A stretch of 64,000 nt of DNA from Lobosporangium transversale (taxonomy: Eukaryota): the NCBI RefSeq assembly GCF_002105155.1, contig NW_019029015.1:372001-436000 (forward strand), read 5' to 3'. The position numbers and the translations under genes are program-made. This document shows, piece by piece, positions 38,397 to 52,285 of this stretch. The notes under the pieces are model-generated. The model did no database searches. It was not told the DNA's origin and saw only the letters and a list, made by a program, of their open reading frames with translations. The first letter of the stretch is position 1. Each line of letters opens with the position of its first letter.

Positions 38397-40969
38397 TATT
38401 CTGGTGCTTTGTGTTGATGAGAAGGTACAGAGTAAAATTCATCTTCCCCCAAATATTCTTGGACATTGAGGTAATCTAGATTCAGTCAGAGTAGAGTAGC
38501 AAAGAGTTTTAGCTCTCAATCCGAAATTCAGAGCATTTGCTGTGCCCACATTCCCATATCATTTACCTTGTCGATAGAGAATCTGCTCAAAATGTGGTAA
38601 AAATTCTTGCCTGGGCAAGTACAAATTGAACTCGAGTAACGAAAAGACTTGAAATTCATGTTCCTTGATATCTTTGGCACTGACATACATATGCTTTGTC
38701 ATTTGTTTCATTAGCGCCGTGAATTCCCCTGGTGGCCGCTTGGGTTCATTTACTTTATAAGCCAGTAATAGACACACACCTACAAGACATAGAAAGCACA
38801 TGGGAATAGAATGGAATAAAGATTGTTTTACAAGTCAGTCCATTTAATCTACATGACCTAATTACATGAAAAGTTGGAAGCAACGACTCAAATCCACTTA
38901 CAGGCCATCAACTTGCGGTTCACTTTCGTTACTGGAGAATGATTTGATTCTGTCGAGATTCCCGTAGAGTCTTTACCATTCCAAGAACCTTTCATAATTA
39001 ATTTTTCGAAATAAGCATATGCCAATGCAGCGGTCGAGATTTCCAAGTCGAGTTCTTCTGATATTGCGAGGAGGTCTGTTTTGACTTTACGAATCTTAGA
39101 TAACGTGATGGATGGGTCGATCGTAGGATGCCGTGACCGGAAGTGCTCATTGAGCTCTCGCTTCAGATCAGATGGTCGGGTATATTGAATAACGGAGCCC
39201 TAGAATATTTTTGGAAACAGGTTAACGACATAGATCAATAAAAGATATACAACTATGGGCTTGTATGGTCGAGGGAGGGAATAGAGAACGACAAAAACAA
39301 AAAGTTGGAGGACGCACCATATAGCAGGCCAGTGAAATAACCGTTCGGTTTTTCCCTGTCTTCAGTTCTGGATCATCAAGATAATAGGGGTCATATGAAG
39401 CTGAATCCTCCTCTTGTTCGGGGCTATTACGGATACATCATAGAGCTGGATAAATTAGGCCTCCACAAATTGCACTGGATTTTAAGTCTCATGAGCCATT
39501 TTAGCTTGGTCTTATTCATTGCATTACCTTAATGCATTGCTTTGTGTTAAAAGGTGTGCAAATGAATTTGCTTTCTTCCGGACAAGAGCTTCCTTTGTGA
39601 TTTGTTGTAAATATTCGCGATCAAACCGTCTCCGCCTCCGTTTATTGGGCACTTTATCGTCGTTGTAGCGCAAGATAGAAGAGACAGCGAATGGACTACC
39701 ATTCTTTGTAGTTAACATGTATGCGTGTTGGTTCAGATTCTCGCCGAGGCTGACACAACTGTTGGCGAGATCTTCACCACTATAAAAAATGTGTCGTTGA
39801 GTGTCCAGAGGCTGTTTCAATTGGGTGGTGCTTCCTGAATTTGTTCTATATAGCGAGTGTCTAGACGTTCCTACAGCCTGATGGCTTGATGATTGCGAAT
39901 AACTATGATGCCTAGGTATACTGAGTGAGGGTCTCCTGAAGATTTTCTTCACAATGTGGGCTGTTCCAGAGGCAATGAGGGGTTTGATGTATACATGGTC
40001 AGTCAGAGGCCCAAGCCATCTACTAGAGGCCTTTTGCAACATATATCTGTGAGTAGATGTATTCCCAAGATCAAAGGAAGAACTTTGTGGCTCTGCGTTG
40101 CTTTCGCGCGCTAATAAGGTTGAAAGCAATCCAGATGAGGAATCCACGTCATGTGTAGATTGATGTCTCGGGTTGGGAACGGACCGACGATGGGTTGGTT
40201 GCGCATCTCTGCCAGCGTGTGCGCCAAGATTGGTGGTCTTTCGATGTCTCCCTGAAGGCAGAGGCTCCGCTGTTTCTGACATAGAGTCGCTCGTGTTTCT
40301 GGCCCAACTGGAGGCAAGAGAAGGTGTCGAAGACGAGCGCTGGACAGGGGAGTGAGGGATAAGATCACCCTGAGAGGGGGCCATAGGTGCAGTAGGTCTG
40401 TTGACTGCGATAGGATAGCCAGAATCCTGTCCTGGAGGGAGAGGTGGTCTGGATGCACGCGTACTTAGGTTATCCACATCGTCGGATGTTTCTCCACGCA
40501 GGCTGATCGTGGAAAGAAAATTAGTGGCAGCCTCCTCTTTTTTACCAACATAGCTGCGTCTATTGTCTGCATTGGGAAGACGTATGTCCGTTGGTGTAGA
40601 TGGGACTGATGTGATAGGTGACGAACATATGATTGTGTCCTGAAGATCTCTATCGCTACGAAGCTTGCTGGCTGCGTAGTTGTTATTACTGTGGGTAGTG
40701 ACTACAGGCAGTGTAGGCGTTGATGGCATTTCATTAGACATTGTTGCTTGCTGTCTATTCTCATGCTCGTATTCGTGTTCGTCCTCATCTTCTGTAATCC
40801 CTGCTGAATGTTTGGTAGGAGATTGAGTAGAAGAGTCAAGTTGAATGGATGATAGAAATGAGAATGCAGCTTGTCGATTGCTAGGACGCCTCCGTATACT
40901 CCTGGTGTTTGAGGTGCTGGAACTGGGAGCAGAGGCAGATGGGCCTTCCTGAGGCCTGGAAGCAGCCAT
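38396..40969 (-). CDS. Cables-like (CDK5/ABL1 enzyme substrate) cyclin-fold protein
   Basis: N-terminal RQAAFSFLSSIQLD and a long disordered exon. C-terminal YDPYYLDDPELKTGKNRTV, PSDLKRELNEHFR..HP...ITLSKIRK, AYAYFEKLI, CLLLAYKVNE and EFQVFSLLEFNLYLP match the Cables cyclin box. Confidence 0.85.
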
Positions 40970-41329
40970 ACGAAGGAATTTTTTTATGGATCAGTAAAAG
41001 AGTTGCATACTCAGACGACATGTAAATGACAAAATGACAATGGTGGTTATGCACGTGGTTTAATAAACCAAAGCAGCCACTTTAACAATTTTCCTTTTTG
41101 GACAAACAAAAAAAGAAAAAAATGCAATACAACTCACACTTTTCTCTCCACTCTCGACTCGTTCACTTCAATTCGACAGTTCATCAATTATTAATAGAAG
41201 ACAACTATTTCTTCTTTTTCTCTTTCTTTCTCTTTCACTTATATTTCTTTGAGGTATTTCACCTTTATTGTTGAGTGATAGACACTTTCTCCTTCACAGC
41301 CTAAGCATAGCACATACATCATAAACAGT

Positions 41330-43672
41330 ATGTCTTTTGCACGCCTTATCCAGGGACCTGCTCGCATGTTGCGCAGCGCTCGTCCTTCTCCCTCGATTAC
41401 TCCACGCTTTATTCTCTCACCTGCTGCTACAGCCTTTCACACGACCGCAAAACGTCTACAAGCTACTGAGACCCAGGTCTTGATCACCCCATCCACTGGT
41501 AAGCAATGCACCCACGCACTTTTTCTGATTCTCAGTCTCTTTAACACAATTCATTTCAGATCCGTTTGATGCCCTTTTTTTTGAGCGTTTGTGATCTTTA
41601 CAGAGGATGGACAGTAAAGTTCGGTTATGAAATACATTCATGTTATGCGAAATACTATTTGACTTGCTTGCCTCATGGCATTGCATAGTTTCATACTACA
41701 GCATACTGCACAGCATACCACAGCATATTTGTAAGCACCTGAATCCTCTCTGACTGGTCCGGTTTTACTCTCGTTTTTCACAAATTGAATATTATAAAAA
41801 TTAGAATCTCTCGGGTTTGAAGTTACCGGAATCAAGGATGCAGGCAACACTCGTCCTATTTATATGGACATGCAGGCTACTTCACCCACAGATCCTCGTG
41901 TACTGGATGCTATGCTGCCGTATATGACCGAACTTTACGGAAACCCTCATTCCAGAACTCACTCGTACGGCTGGGAGACAGAAAAGGGCGTTGATAAAGC
42001 TCGAGAGGTAATGATATTTCTTTCTTTTTTTTTTTTTTTTTTTTTTTTTTATTTCCCCTCTCAATACCAACTGTCACCTAATACAAACGATACAGAACAG
42101 TGATATAGGCGCAGGGGTGGACCACACCCAGTCGAGTTTCGTGGTGTAACGCAATGCTTTTTTGTTCATCATTTCCTAATGCATTATACTTTTGTGTCTT
42201 TCTTTAGGATATTGCAAAGTTGATTGGAGCAGATTCCAAGGAGATTGTGTTCACATCAGGAGCTACCGAGTCCAACAATCTGAGCATCAAAGGTGTCGCT
42301 CGTTTCTATAAGGGCAAAAAAAACCATATTATCACAACACAAACGGTAAACCACCTTCAGTTTTATATTTTATATTTTATATTTTTACTGGGTAACCAAG
42401 GTTCCCAGGCTTTTTTTTTTATATTGCTTTCTTACGGTTATTGTTGTTGTTATATTTTGTTAAATTCGACCTTTTTTATAGGAACACAAATGTGTTCTGG
42501 ATTCATGCCGTGTATTGAGTGACGAGGGCTTTGATGTTACCTATTTGCCCGTTGGAAAGAATGGTTTGATTTCCATGGATGATCTTAAGGCTGCTGTTCG
42601 CCCTGACACTGCTTTGGTGTCAGTCATGGCTGTCAACAATGAAATTGGAGTCATTCAACCATTGGAAGAGATTGGTGCTTTCTGCCGGTCGAAAAAGATT
42701 TTTTTCCATACGGATGCTGCGCAAGCGATTGGCAAGATTCCCATTGATGTCAATAAGATGAACATCGATCTCCTCAGTATTAGTGGTCATAAGATCTATG
42801 GACCTAAGGGTGTCGGTGCCTTGTATGTCCGTCGCCGACCCAGAGTCCGTCTTCTTCCATTGATGACTGGTGGAGGACAGGAGCGTGGTCTTCGTAGCGG
42901 CACCGTTGCGGCACCATTGGTAGTAGGACTTGGAGAGGCATGTAGAATCGCTGCAGAGGAAATGACTGTAAGTGAGCAAAATATATGGCTTGTTATTAAC
43001 GATATTGTAACCATGTGACGATTGTCCATTCATCCCGGACATTGCTATAACCACCTAGCCTTGATCTTGCCCAATATACCTTAAAAACGTCTTGGTTGTC
43101 AAGGCGGTTTTAAGAGGGTGTTCATGTGCGATGATGGCATGTGCAGGGGTTCTGATGGTGTGAATATTTTTTGTCCGATTAATTAATGATGTTCTTCAGC
43201 ATGGATATTAATGGAATCATCCGACTTCTATCTCGCTATGTAGTACGATCATGAGCGTGTCAAACGTCTATCAGAGCGCTTGATCAAGGGTATCACATCC
43301 CAAGTCAGCCATGTCTATAGAAATGGAGACGAAGTTCAATCATATCCTGGATGTGTGAATCTCTCTTTTGCCTATGTAGAAGGAGAGTCTCTTCTTATGG
43401 CACTTAAAGACATTGCTCTTTCATCCGGATCAGCTTGCACTTCAGCATCTCTGGAGCCATCGTACGTTCTCCGCGCCCTTGGCGCAGAAGATGACATGGC
43501 ACACAGTTCGATTCGTTTTGGTATCGGTCGTTTCACAACGGAGGAGGAGATTGATTTCGTCATTTCACGTGTTGTCGCCCATGTTGACAAGTTGCGTGAG
43601 ATGAGTCCACTTTGGGAGATGGTGCAGGAGGGTATTGACATTTCCAAGATTGAATGGGCGCAGCATGCTTAA
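41330..43672 (+). CDS. NFS1: Mitochondrial cysteine desulfurase
   Basis: Arg/Ser-rich presequence, [38 protein letters not shown] (PLP lysine), [17 protein letters not shown]. Confidence 0.97.
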
Positions 43673-43866
43673 AAAACTGAGATAACCAATATATACATAT
43701 ACTGAAATATGCTTTCCTCCCAACAATTCCATTCTCCTCTCCATTGCTTTTGTTTTGAACCATTAAATAAATAAAATCCCATGTTTCATACTTGTAAATT
43801 GTTAAATGAGGTTCTTGTATTTTTTGATTCTATGGTGCAAGTAAAATTATTGATGCTATAATGTAT

Positions 43867-43953
43867 TTATGCAGATTTCTTTGGACGAAGCTTGATACCC
43901 TTCTGAGTTTTCAATAGCTTGGCTTGCGATGCTATATATAACATTTGAAAAAA

Positions 43954-43984
<31 letters not shown>

Positions 43985-44826
43985 GATCAATATAAAATTA
44001 GCGGTTTCCTTCTTTTCTTTTTTATAATTAAACAGCCAGACAAACAGTAAAATAGCAAATTTACCTCTAATAAGTTCATCATCTTCCTCGGGGTTAAAGC
44101 TAATCTTCTCCACCTCTTCTGTCTTTGCTGCTGTATCCTTCTTTCCTCCTCGAGAACGCTTTCCAGAATCGTCAGTAATCGGTGTGAACTCCTCATCTTC
44201 GACTGTATCAGCACTGTCATCATTCTTTTTAGGAATCTTGTTGCTAATCTTCTTAAACTTTGCAACGAAGAATCCATCCATGTTGTGCATATGAGGATAG
44301 TAACGCCTTGTGAGACTGATGGTAGGATGGAAGACCTTTTCTCTATAACGTGTAAAACCCTCCTTCCCGAAATCCAAACCTGTGGAAACCAACTTGACAT
44401 TGGGACGTTTCCTAAGAGCATAATTGACCACATCCTCATTTTCATCCACAGTGACGGAGCAAGTGGAATAGACAATATAGCCACCAGTTTTACTGTTGGC
44501 ATCGACCGAGTCAATAGCACTCAATACAAGTTCTTTCTGCAGTTGGGATAGCATTTGGAAGTCCTGTTCTGATTTGTTGGTCTTCACAGATGCATCCTTG
44601 GAAATGACTCCTGTTCCAGAGCATGGTGCATCCAACAACACACGATCAAAACCACCGATCACCCCAGGAAACTCTCGACCATCATAGTTACAAACAACAG
44701 CGTTCTTGACGCCGAGACGATGGATATTGGCGACCAAAGATTTCGTACGATCTTTATTTGCGTCATTCGCAAAGACCATTCCTGTGTTCTTGAGCAAAGC
44801 CGCTAAAGTAATATGAGATCAAGTTG

Positions 44827-44860
<34 letters not shown>

Positions 44861-46278
44861 AAATTACTGAGCGATGAAAACATTAAATAATAGATTCAAA
44901 ATAATGAAGAAAAAAAAAATTACCAATATAAGTACTCTTTCCACCTGGGGCAGAGGCCATATCCAAGATGCGCTCATGCTCTTGAGGAGCAAGAGCCATG
45001 ACGGGTAGGAAAGAGGATGCAGCTTGAAGCATATAGTGGCCTGCTAAATACTCTGGAGTAGCACCAATTGGCACGGGTGAATCGAAGACCTGAAGACCGA
45101 CTTTACTCCATTTTCCAATGGGATCCAGATTGACTCCTCGATTGATGAGGGCCTGCGCAAGTTCACGGCGACGGGTTTTCAGCGTATTTGTACGAATCGT
45201 AACGGGTCTAGGAACCTCATTAGCCTCAAAGAACTCGATAGCCTCAGAAACCGGGAAAATGTAGAACAGTTTCTCCATTAAATACTCATTATATCCATAA
45301 TACAGACAAAGATCCTTGAGTAGCTGAGAAATGTAGTCGTTACGAGATCTAATATCGCATATACATATATATATAGAGCGTATTCATGAATACCCTACAA
45401 TTTTGTAAAATCCAAAAATAAAGAATAATGATAAAGGCAATATTGCAGCTGCTTACCTGTTTCCTTCTCTCATCTCCCTGAAATTGTTTAATACTCGTAC
45501 AATTTCCTGAATACGAGCTTGAACAACTTGCAAATCAGTACTCTGTAAGGTCTCGTGATCATCCGCAGGAAGGACATATTTATCATCTTCGTACACAATA
45601 TTGGTTTGAAGTTCCGCCTCAGCTTCTTCCGCCTCAGCCTTCTTGGCAGCATCCAGTTTACGCGACTTCGTTTCCATATCCTCATCAGCGGATTCATCAC
45701 TGTCACTGGCGAATATGTCCTCTTCATCTTCCTCATTGTCTTCGCCTTCTTCTTCCTCATCTGAGCCGAACATTTTGGAACCAGGACCTTTAGATTCTTC
45801 ATCCGAATCTCCAAACTCATCACCGAGGAAATCGTCATCCAATGTCCCGACTTCAATATCTGAACCTTCATCAGCCGATACAAATTCGTCGCCCTATATA
45901 CATTGGCAACAGAAGAAAGAAGGAAAGAGAGAAAAAATTAAGCAATTGAGGAAAAAAAGAATATATGATTAAATTCTATAAAAAAAATAAAAAAAAAAGT
46001 GATCGTACCTGTTCACCAACGTCACTTTCACTCTCGCTCACTGCACCATAGGCCCAGGATTCATCGTCCTCCTCATCACTGTCCTCTTTATTGGCCTTGG
46101 GTGCACCTTTTCCTGTCTTGCCATTCTTGGCTTTAGCAGTGGATTTACCAGCGGCTTTATCAGCACCAGGGGTTAATTTAATCTTTTTGGACGCAGCTTG
46201 GGTGGAGCTCACTTTTCGCTTATTATTCTTTTGGGTAGCTTTGGGCGCAGCATTTTTTGATGTAGGACGTCCAGCCAT
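43867..46278 (-). CDS. NOP2: 25S rRNA cytosine-C5 methyltransferase Nop2
   Basis: [79 protein letters not shown]. Last short exon ends KKSA* at 43867. Confidence 0.96.
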
Positions 46279-46592
46279 GGCTGAAGGATGAGAGTAAGAG
46301 TGGAATGAGGAGATGCAGAAAATATGCCAATAGAAAAAAAGGCCCAAGAGACTCTTTTATTGTTTTATTGCACTGTGCTTTTTTTTTTTTGGATTGTTTG
46401 CTTTCAATTTTGTTTATCAAACAAATAAACAGTCACAAGTTGTAAAAAGCGGATAAATCACATGACTCGAAGATGGCCAATCAGATGAATGGATAATTTT
46501 TTTGGATGTGTATTAGTTTTTTGTTTGTGACGAGAAAGCAAGAGATCCTCCTTTTTCGCTCTTTTTGAAATCCAATTGTCGAATTCACAACA

Positions 46593-47921
46593 ATGGCTCA
46601 CAGCAACATCTGGAACTCCCACCCCCGTGGCTATGGCAAGGGCTCCCGCGAGTGGTAAGGCGATACAAAGTTACTAGTCAGGGCATCAGGATCTTTCAAC
46701 ATTATGAGCTTTCAAAAGGAAAGACGGAAATTTTAGAAAAAAAAAAAAATCATTTGGATTGAAAACAAAAACCCGCCAGCATAATGCAATTCAACTCGAA
46801 CTGGATAATCGGTTTAATCATTCGGACTATTTATAATTTTACAATTCTCAATCATGTTAATCTGTTGAGACGCTTTATTTACCTCATCTTTACAATTGCT
46901 GGAATGATGACATGTTAATGTTCACTGGAAGAATCCTGATATTTACACACTGAACACTGCTGACGCTGATTATCGCAGGACCGGGAAAAAAAAAAAAAAA
47001 AAGAAATAATACTTATTCACACCTTACTAATTGATCTCAACACGCGCTTACATCTTGGAGGGTTTTGGTTTCATTTCAAGGAATAAATCACCCCGATATC
47101 CTCATGGACTTTTTTTTTTTTTTTTTTTGCAATTCATTATACTTACAGCTCATCTATTCTTTCTTTTTTAATTCATATTCAGCCGCGTCTGCACTCACCC
47201 CGCTGGTTTGATCCGCAAGTACGGTCTCAACATCTGCCGTCAGTGCTTCCGTGAGAACGCTGCTGCCATCGGTTTCACCAAGGTAAACTTTTATCAGGAG
47301 ATTATTTTAACAAGTTACAATGGTTCTTAATTTTCATATGACTCCTTTGGAACTTACTCTTTTTCTTTTTTTTTTTTTTTTTCTTTTTTTCCATGAATCT
47401 TGAAAAATTAGACCCGCTAAATTGTTCTTTTGATTTAATGGAGTCTAAACCATTATTGTCAATATCGCTGGAAATAAAGATTTGATCTTTCCGTGCCTCT
47501 TGCATTTTTATACTCGTGTAGTTGATCTCCATATATGTGGTCAAAAGTGTGCTTTACAGGTCGTCCTTTTGCATGTGAAGTGTGAGGATTGAAGATGAAT
47601 TAAGCACTTTCCAAATTTATTTTTCTCTGGTTCCTCGATGGTGTTCTGTCTTTTTTTTTTTTTTTTTCCTTTTTATCAACAAATGTGCTACTGTCCAGCG
47701 AGACAAATGACGACTACATTTTTAAATGGCGATACTCTGGTACTCCTGGTTACACTTACCGAAATGGTAAGATTGTCCACAGTCACACACGTATCAGGCA
47801 CGGAAACAGGGCAGTGGTTTCTTTAATCCTTTTTCTTGTCTTCTCCATACCTTGCGTTTTTTTCCCTCTTTGTCTAAAGTCTCTCCCCCCTTCGTTTTCC
47901 ATCGACAAGTTGTAGTTCTAA
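46593..47921 (+). CDS. RPS29: 40S ribosomal protein S29 (uS14)
   Basis: Exon 1 (46593-46654) [21 protein letters not shown]; exon 2 (47183-47282) [33 protein letters not shown]. The tiny final exon is uncertain, best guess ~47910-47921 before AATAAA signals. Missed by the ORF track. Confidence 0.92.
46900..46975 (+). ncRNA. Candidate intronic box C/D snoRNA
   Basis: Box C ATGATGA (46904-46910), possible D' CTGA (46936-46939) and box D CTGA (46966-46969), in the 528-nt intron 1 of a ribosomal protein gene. The terminal stem is weak and no target was established. Confidence 0.45.
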
Positions 47922-48200
47922 GTAATAAACCATAGTTTGTTTGTCCTGTACGATTGCAATAAACATTCATTTTGTTTCTTTAAATTCGAAAGGTCTGGCT
48001 CTGCAGCCACATTCACTCCATTTTTGCCCCTTTGCGCCACTAAAATGTTGACATTGAAATCATTCATAAATTATTTACTGTAGTTTTCGGTCCTTTTTTT
48101 ATTCTTTTTTTCTTTTTTTGTTTTTGTTTTTGTTTATTCATTCCCATCCCATAACCCAAAATAAAAAATAAAATAAAAAGAAACATTACTGAATGTCAAC

Positions 48201-48385
48201 ATGAGGATACTTTGCGTGGCAGAAAAGCCAGCAATGTCGAAATCTCTTGCCCAAATACTGTCAAACGGACAGTTTAGCTCAGTAGGTTGTGAGCGCTTTT
48301 TTTTTTTTTTTTTTTTTTTTTTTTTCCTGTTTTTGAGCAAGAGAAACAACATGTTTTGATGATGTTTAACATCAGATGTCATATA

Positions 48386-48425
<40 letters not shown>

Positions 48426-50993
48426 CTTAGAGACCGACAAATGATCAATATACACGGAACCATGAATTCACCTATAAGCTTCCAAACAATACTATGGCTC
48501 ATGTTGTGATGACGGCAGTACGAGGACATTTGTTTAGTACAGATTTCCCATCTAGATACAGGAAATGGCATAGTTGTGCGCCAGTGGAGCTTTTCGAACT
48601 AGAAATTGAGAAAGCTACATCAAAGGTAAATGTGCTTTAACAATTTTTTGTTTTTGTTTTTGTTTTTGTTTTGTTCAATTTCCAAACTACTCATGGCTTA
48701 TATTGCTTCTTGTAGGATTTGACATCTGTGGAGCAGAATCTTAGACAGGAGTCACGTTTAGCAGATCAGGTCATGATATGGACGGATTGCGATCGCGAAG
48801 GAGAAAATATTGGAGCAGAGATTGCGACTGTATGTCGACGTCAAAATCAACGTCTCACTATTTGTCGAGCTCGATTCAGTTCAGTTACTCCGGCGTAAGT
48901 CAACTACAGATCTGACAAAGGATTATGGAACCATTTGATTGCATGATTTGCCACATCTAACATCCTAAAACCACCTTTTCGAAAAAAATAAAAATAAAAA
49001 AAAATAAAAATAAAAATAAAAAAATGATAGTGAGGTGCATCGGGCAATGCGGAACCCAGTCATGCTGGATATGCGTCAAGCGGAGGCTGTGGATGCGCGT
49101 ATGGAGCTAGATCTTCGTATCGGGGCATCATTCACAAGATTCCAAACATTGAATCTTCAAAACAGCTTTCCGGCATTGTTTGAAGGAGTTATTAGTTATG
49201 GTAAGGCAGAGGGAGTTGGACTCTTGATGATTTAAAGTTATTGCAACCTTTTTTTTTTTTGGAAAAAAAAAAAAAAAAAAAAAAAAAAGGCAAAACTTGG
49301 TATGCTGCATCTTCAGACTTTCAACTGACTCAATTGCCTGGGATCTCTTTTTCTCTATCCTGTTGCAAAAGGTCCTTGTCAGTTCCCTACATTAGGATTC
49401 GTTGTTGATCAATTTCGGCGGGTCGAGAATTTTATACCAGAAAACTTTTGGAAATTGGAACTAAAGCACAACAAAGACGGACTCGATACAACATTTACTT
49501 GGCAACGAGGACACTTGTTTGACCAATTAGTTTGCCTGATAATCTATGAAGCCTGTATTGAGATAACGGGACCCAAAGTTGTAATAACCAAGGTGAAGTC
49601 CCAGCCCACATCAAAATAGTAAGTGAAACCACCATTGCTGTGTTTCATGGGCATAGCAACTTGTATTTATTTTACTATATAATACTAACAATTGTGCGAT
49701 CATCTCATGTATGGCTATCTAGCCGGCCACTACCACTGACCACGGTTGAACTTCAGAAGAATGGCTCTAAATTCCTATCGATCCCTTCTGATGAAGTTAT
49801 GACAGTATGTACAATATATATGTTGGATAAAGCCTATATGAGGATTATGTGTGGTTTACCTAATACGGATGCTCTATTGGTATCACGATGGACATTAGGC
49901 TGCAGAGAGTCTTTATATGAAAGGATGGATATCTTATCCTAGAACTGAGACGGATCAATTCGATGCAAACTACAATTTGATGAGTCTTATTGAAAAACAA
50001 ACACATAATAGTCAGTGGGGCCGATTTGCACAGCGACTTGTAGAAGGAGGCTATCGGAATCCAAGACGAGGAAAAAATAATGATCAAGCCCATCCACCTA
50101 TTCATCCAGTAATGCATACAGAAAACTTGGACGGGAATGAGAAGCGCGTTTTCGAGTTTATTACGCGTCGATTCCTTGCTTGCTGTGCTGAGGATGCTAA
50201 AGGCGATCAGACGGATATTGAAGCCACTATCCATACCGAATCATTTAAAGCGACTGGATTGATTATCAAAGAGCGCAACTACCTGGATGTATATCCATAT
50301 GATAAATGGACAGGGACAGTTCTTCCAAACTTTTCAGAAGGCGAAGAATTTATACCGACAGAGTTTTTAATGAAAATGGGTGCAACCACCCCCCCTACTC
50401 TTTTGACAGAAAGTCAACTTATCGCGTTAATGGATAAGAATGGGATCGGTAAGGGCGTGACACAGATATTTACAGATATCGCCAAATTTAATATAATAAA
50501 TTTCTCTGATTTTAATCACCAATCAATTCTCCGATTTTATTTCTCAATTTCCAAATGTATCATGGGAGATAGGCACGGATGCTACTATTGCGGAGCATAT
50601 CAAGACTATTACCAAACGAGAGTACGTTGTTCGAAGCAAGCGTGACAAAGAATATGTATTCACACCGTCGACCCTGGGGATAGCTCTTGTGGAGGGGTAT
50701 GATAACATTGGATTGGATATGAGTCTCTCGAAACCATTCTTGAGAAGTCAAGTAAGTTATTCGAAAACTATATCTTGTGCGGTACGTTCTCCTTGTTTGT
50801 TTTTTTTTTTTTTTTTATGCAAATAAACTAACGACAGCATCTCATTCTATTGGTTTTGCTGTTAATAGCTTGAAAGCAATCTAAAGCTGATTTGTTCTGG
50901 AAACAAAAGTAAGGATCAGGTTGTTCGGGAGGCAATTGAGATGTACCGCAACGTATTTGAGATTGTCAACAGGGATAAGAGGATATTACAAGA

Positions 50994-51028
<35 letters not shown>

Positions 51029-52285
51029 TATTTAATGGACCCTTTGGATTTGACGATTACACTGGTGAGCATAGACTAACGCATTGGATGGTTATAGGCA
51101 GTTGAACGTCATCTACGGCGCCGACCTGATGCGGCACCACCACCAGGCCCAGTAGGTCGACCGCCGGGTCCAGATGTAGGAGGTGGTCAAGGAGACAATG
51201 GACATAATCAAGGTGGAGGAGGAAGCGGTAGAGGGTATCACTCAAGACCGGGATACAATCCCAATACTGAAAATGTGGCTCCTGTTAATGCATTTGTCCA
51301 AGCCCAGGCACAGCCTCAACATTTGTCTCGAGAGGTAACAGCGATGCAATCTTCAGCCATACCTTTCTGTCATTGCGAGGGACGACCTTTGGCAGTTGAA
51401 CGAAGAGTGATGAAGGAGGGCCCGAATCAGGGTCGACTGTTTTACACATGCGCCAAACGTGGTGACGAACAGTGCGACTTTTTCCAATTTGCAGACAATA
51501 CAAGTGGATCGAACTCAAAGTCGATTGAACATGGTGATCATACTCCACAACGCGCGAATGAGGTAAATATGGGACTTTAACTGTACTGGATAATTTCAAT
51601 TATCCGGTATGATAAGTTTATTTAAAAAAAGTTATTGGCAGGTCATCTTATTATCTGTTCATCCAATCTCATCATATTTAAATATGTTGTTCCTGTAGAT
51701 GGTCATGGAGGCATTTCTACAGAATTTGGAGGCGGGAGGAAGTACAGGAGATAGGAGACCGAGATGCTTTTGTGGACTTGTGGCCAAGGACTTAAAATCA
51801 TCAAAGAACAACGGCCGGATGTTTTGGCGGTGTAGCAAGCAGGTTGGCTGCGGTTTCTTTAAGTGGGATGATGAATTAGATGTAAACCAGGTCTCTGAAC
51901 CTTGGAATGGCAGTGGCAGTGGCAGTGGCAATCGTCCATTACAATCAAAAACTAGTTCCTCCCGGTCGGACTCTGTTTGCTATAAATGTAATCAGGTATG
52001 TTTACACTATCAAAGCATATTTGTTACTATCGATATACTGATACATATACATACGATATATATATGTATATAATTCAACTTGGATCGAAGTAAAAGTCGT
52101 ATTAAATTTGGCTTTAAAACTCCTTTTAGAAGGGCCATTTTGCAAACGCGTGCACGTCTGGTCGTCAGGAAGGGACCCGCCAAGTCAAAGGCAGCAAGCA
52201 AACATCAAGGGTGACTTCAAAACGGACAACTACTTCCAAAGTAATTACAGCAGCCAAACTTTCAAAGAAAAAACGCCCACTCTGA
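48201..52285 (+). CDS. TOP3: DNA topoisomerase III alpha with C-terminal GRF zinc fingers and CCHC knuckle
   Basis: MRILCVAEKP, IWTDCDREGENIG, SYGPCQFPTLGFVV, ISYPRTET (catalytic Tyr), DQAHPPIHP, GIGTDAT. Two GRF fingers (CHC...GRLFYTC...CDFFQF; CFC...GRMFWRC...CGFFKW) and CYKCNQKGHFANAC. Confidence 0.95.

Noticed and set aside
47910..47940. AAACCAT resembling the snR30/U17 m2 motif
   Set aside because: No matching m1 motif and no ACA box at the expected spacing.
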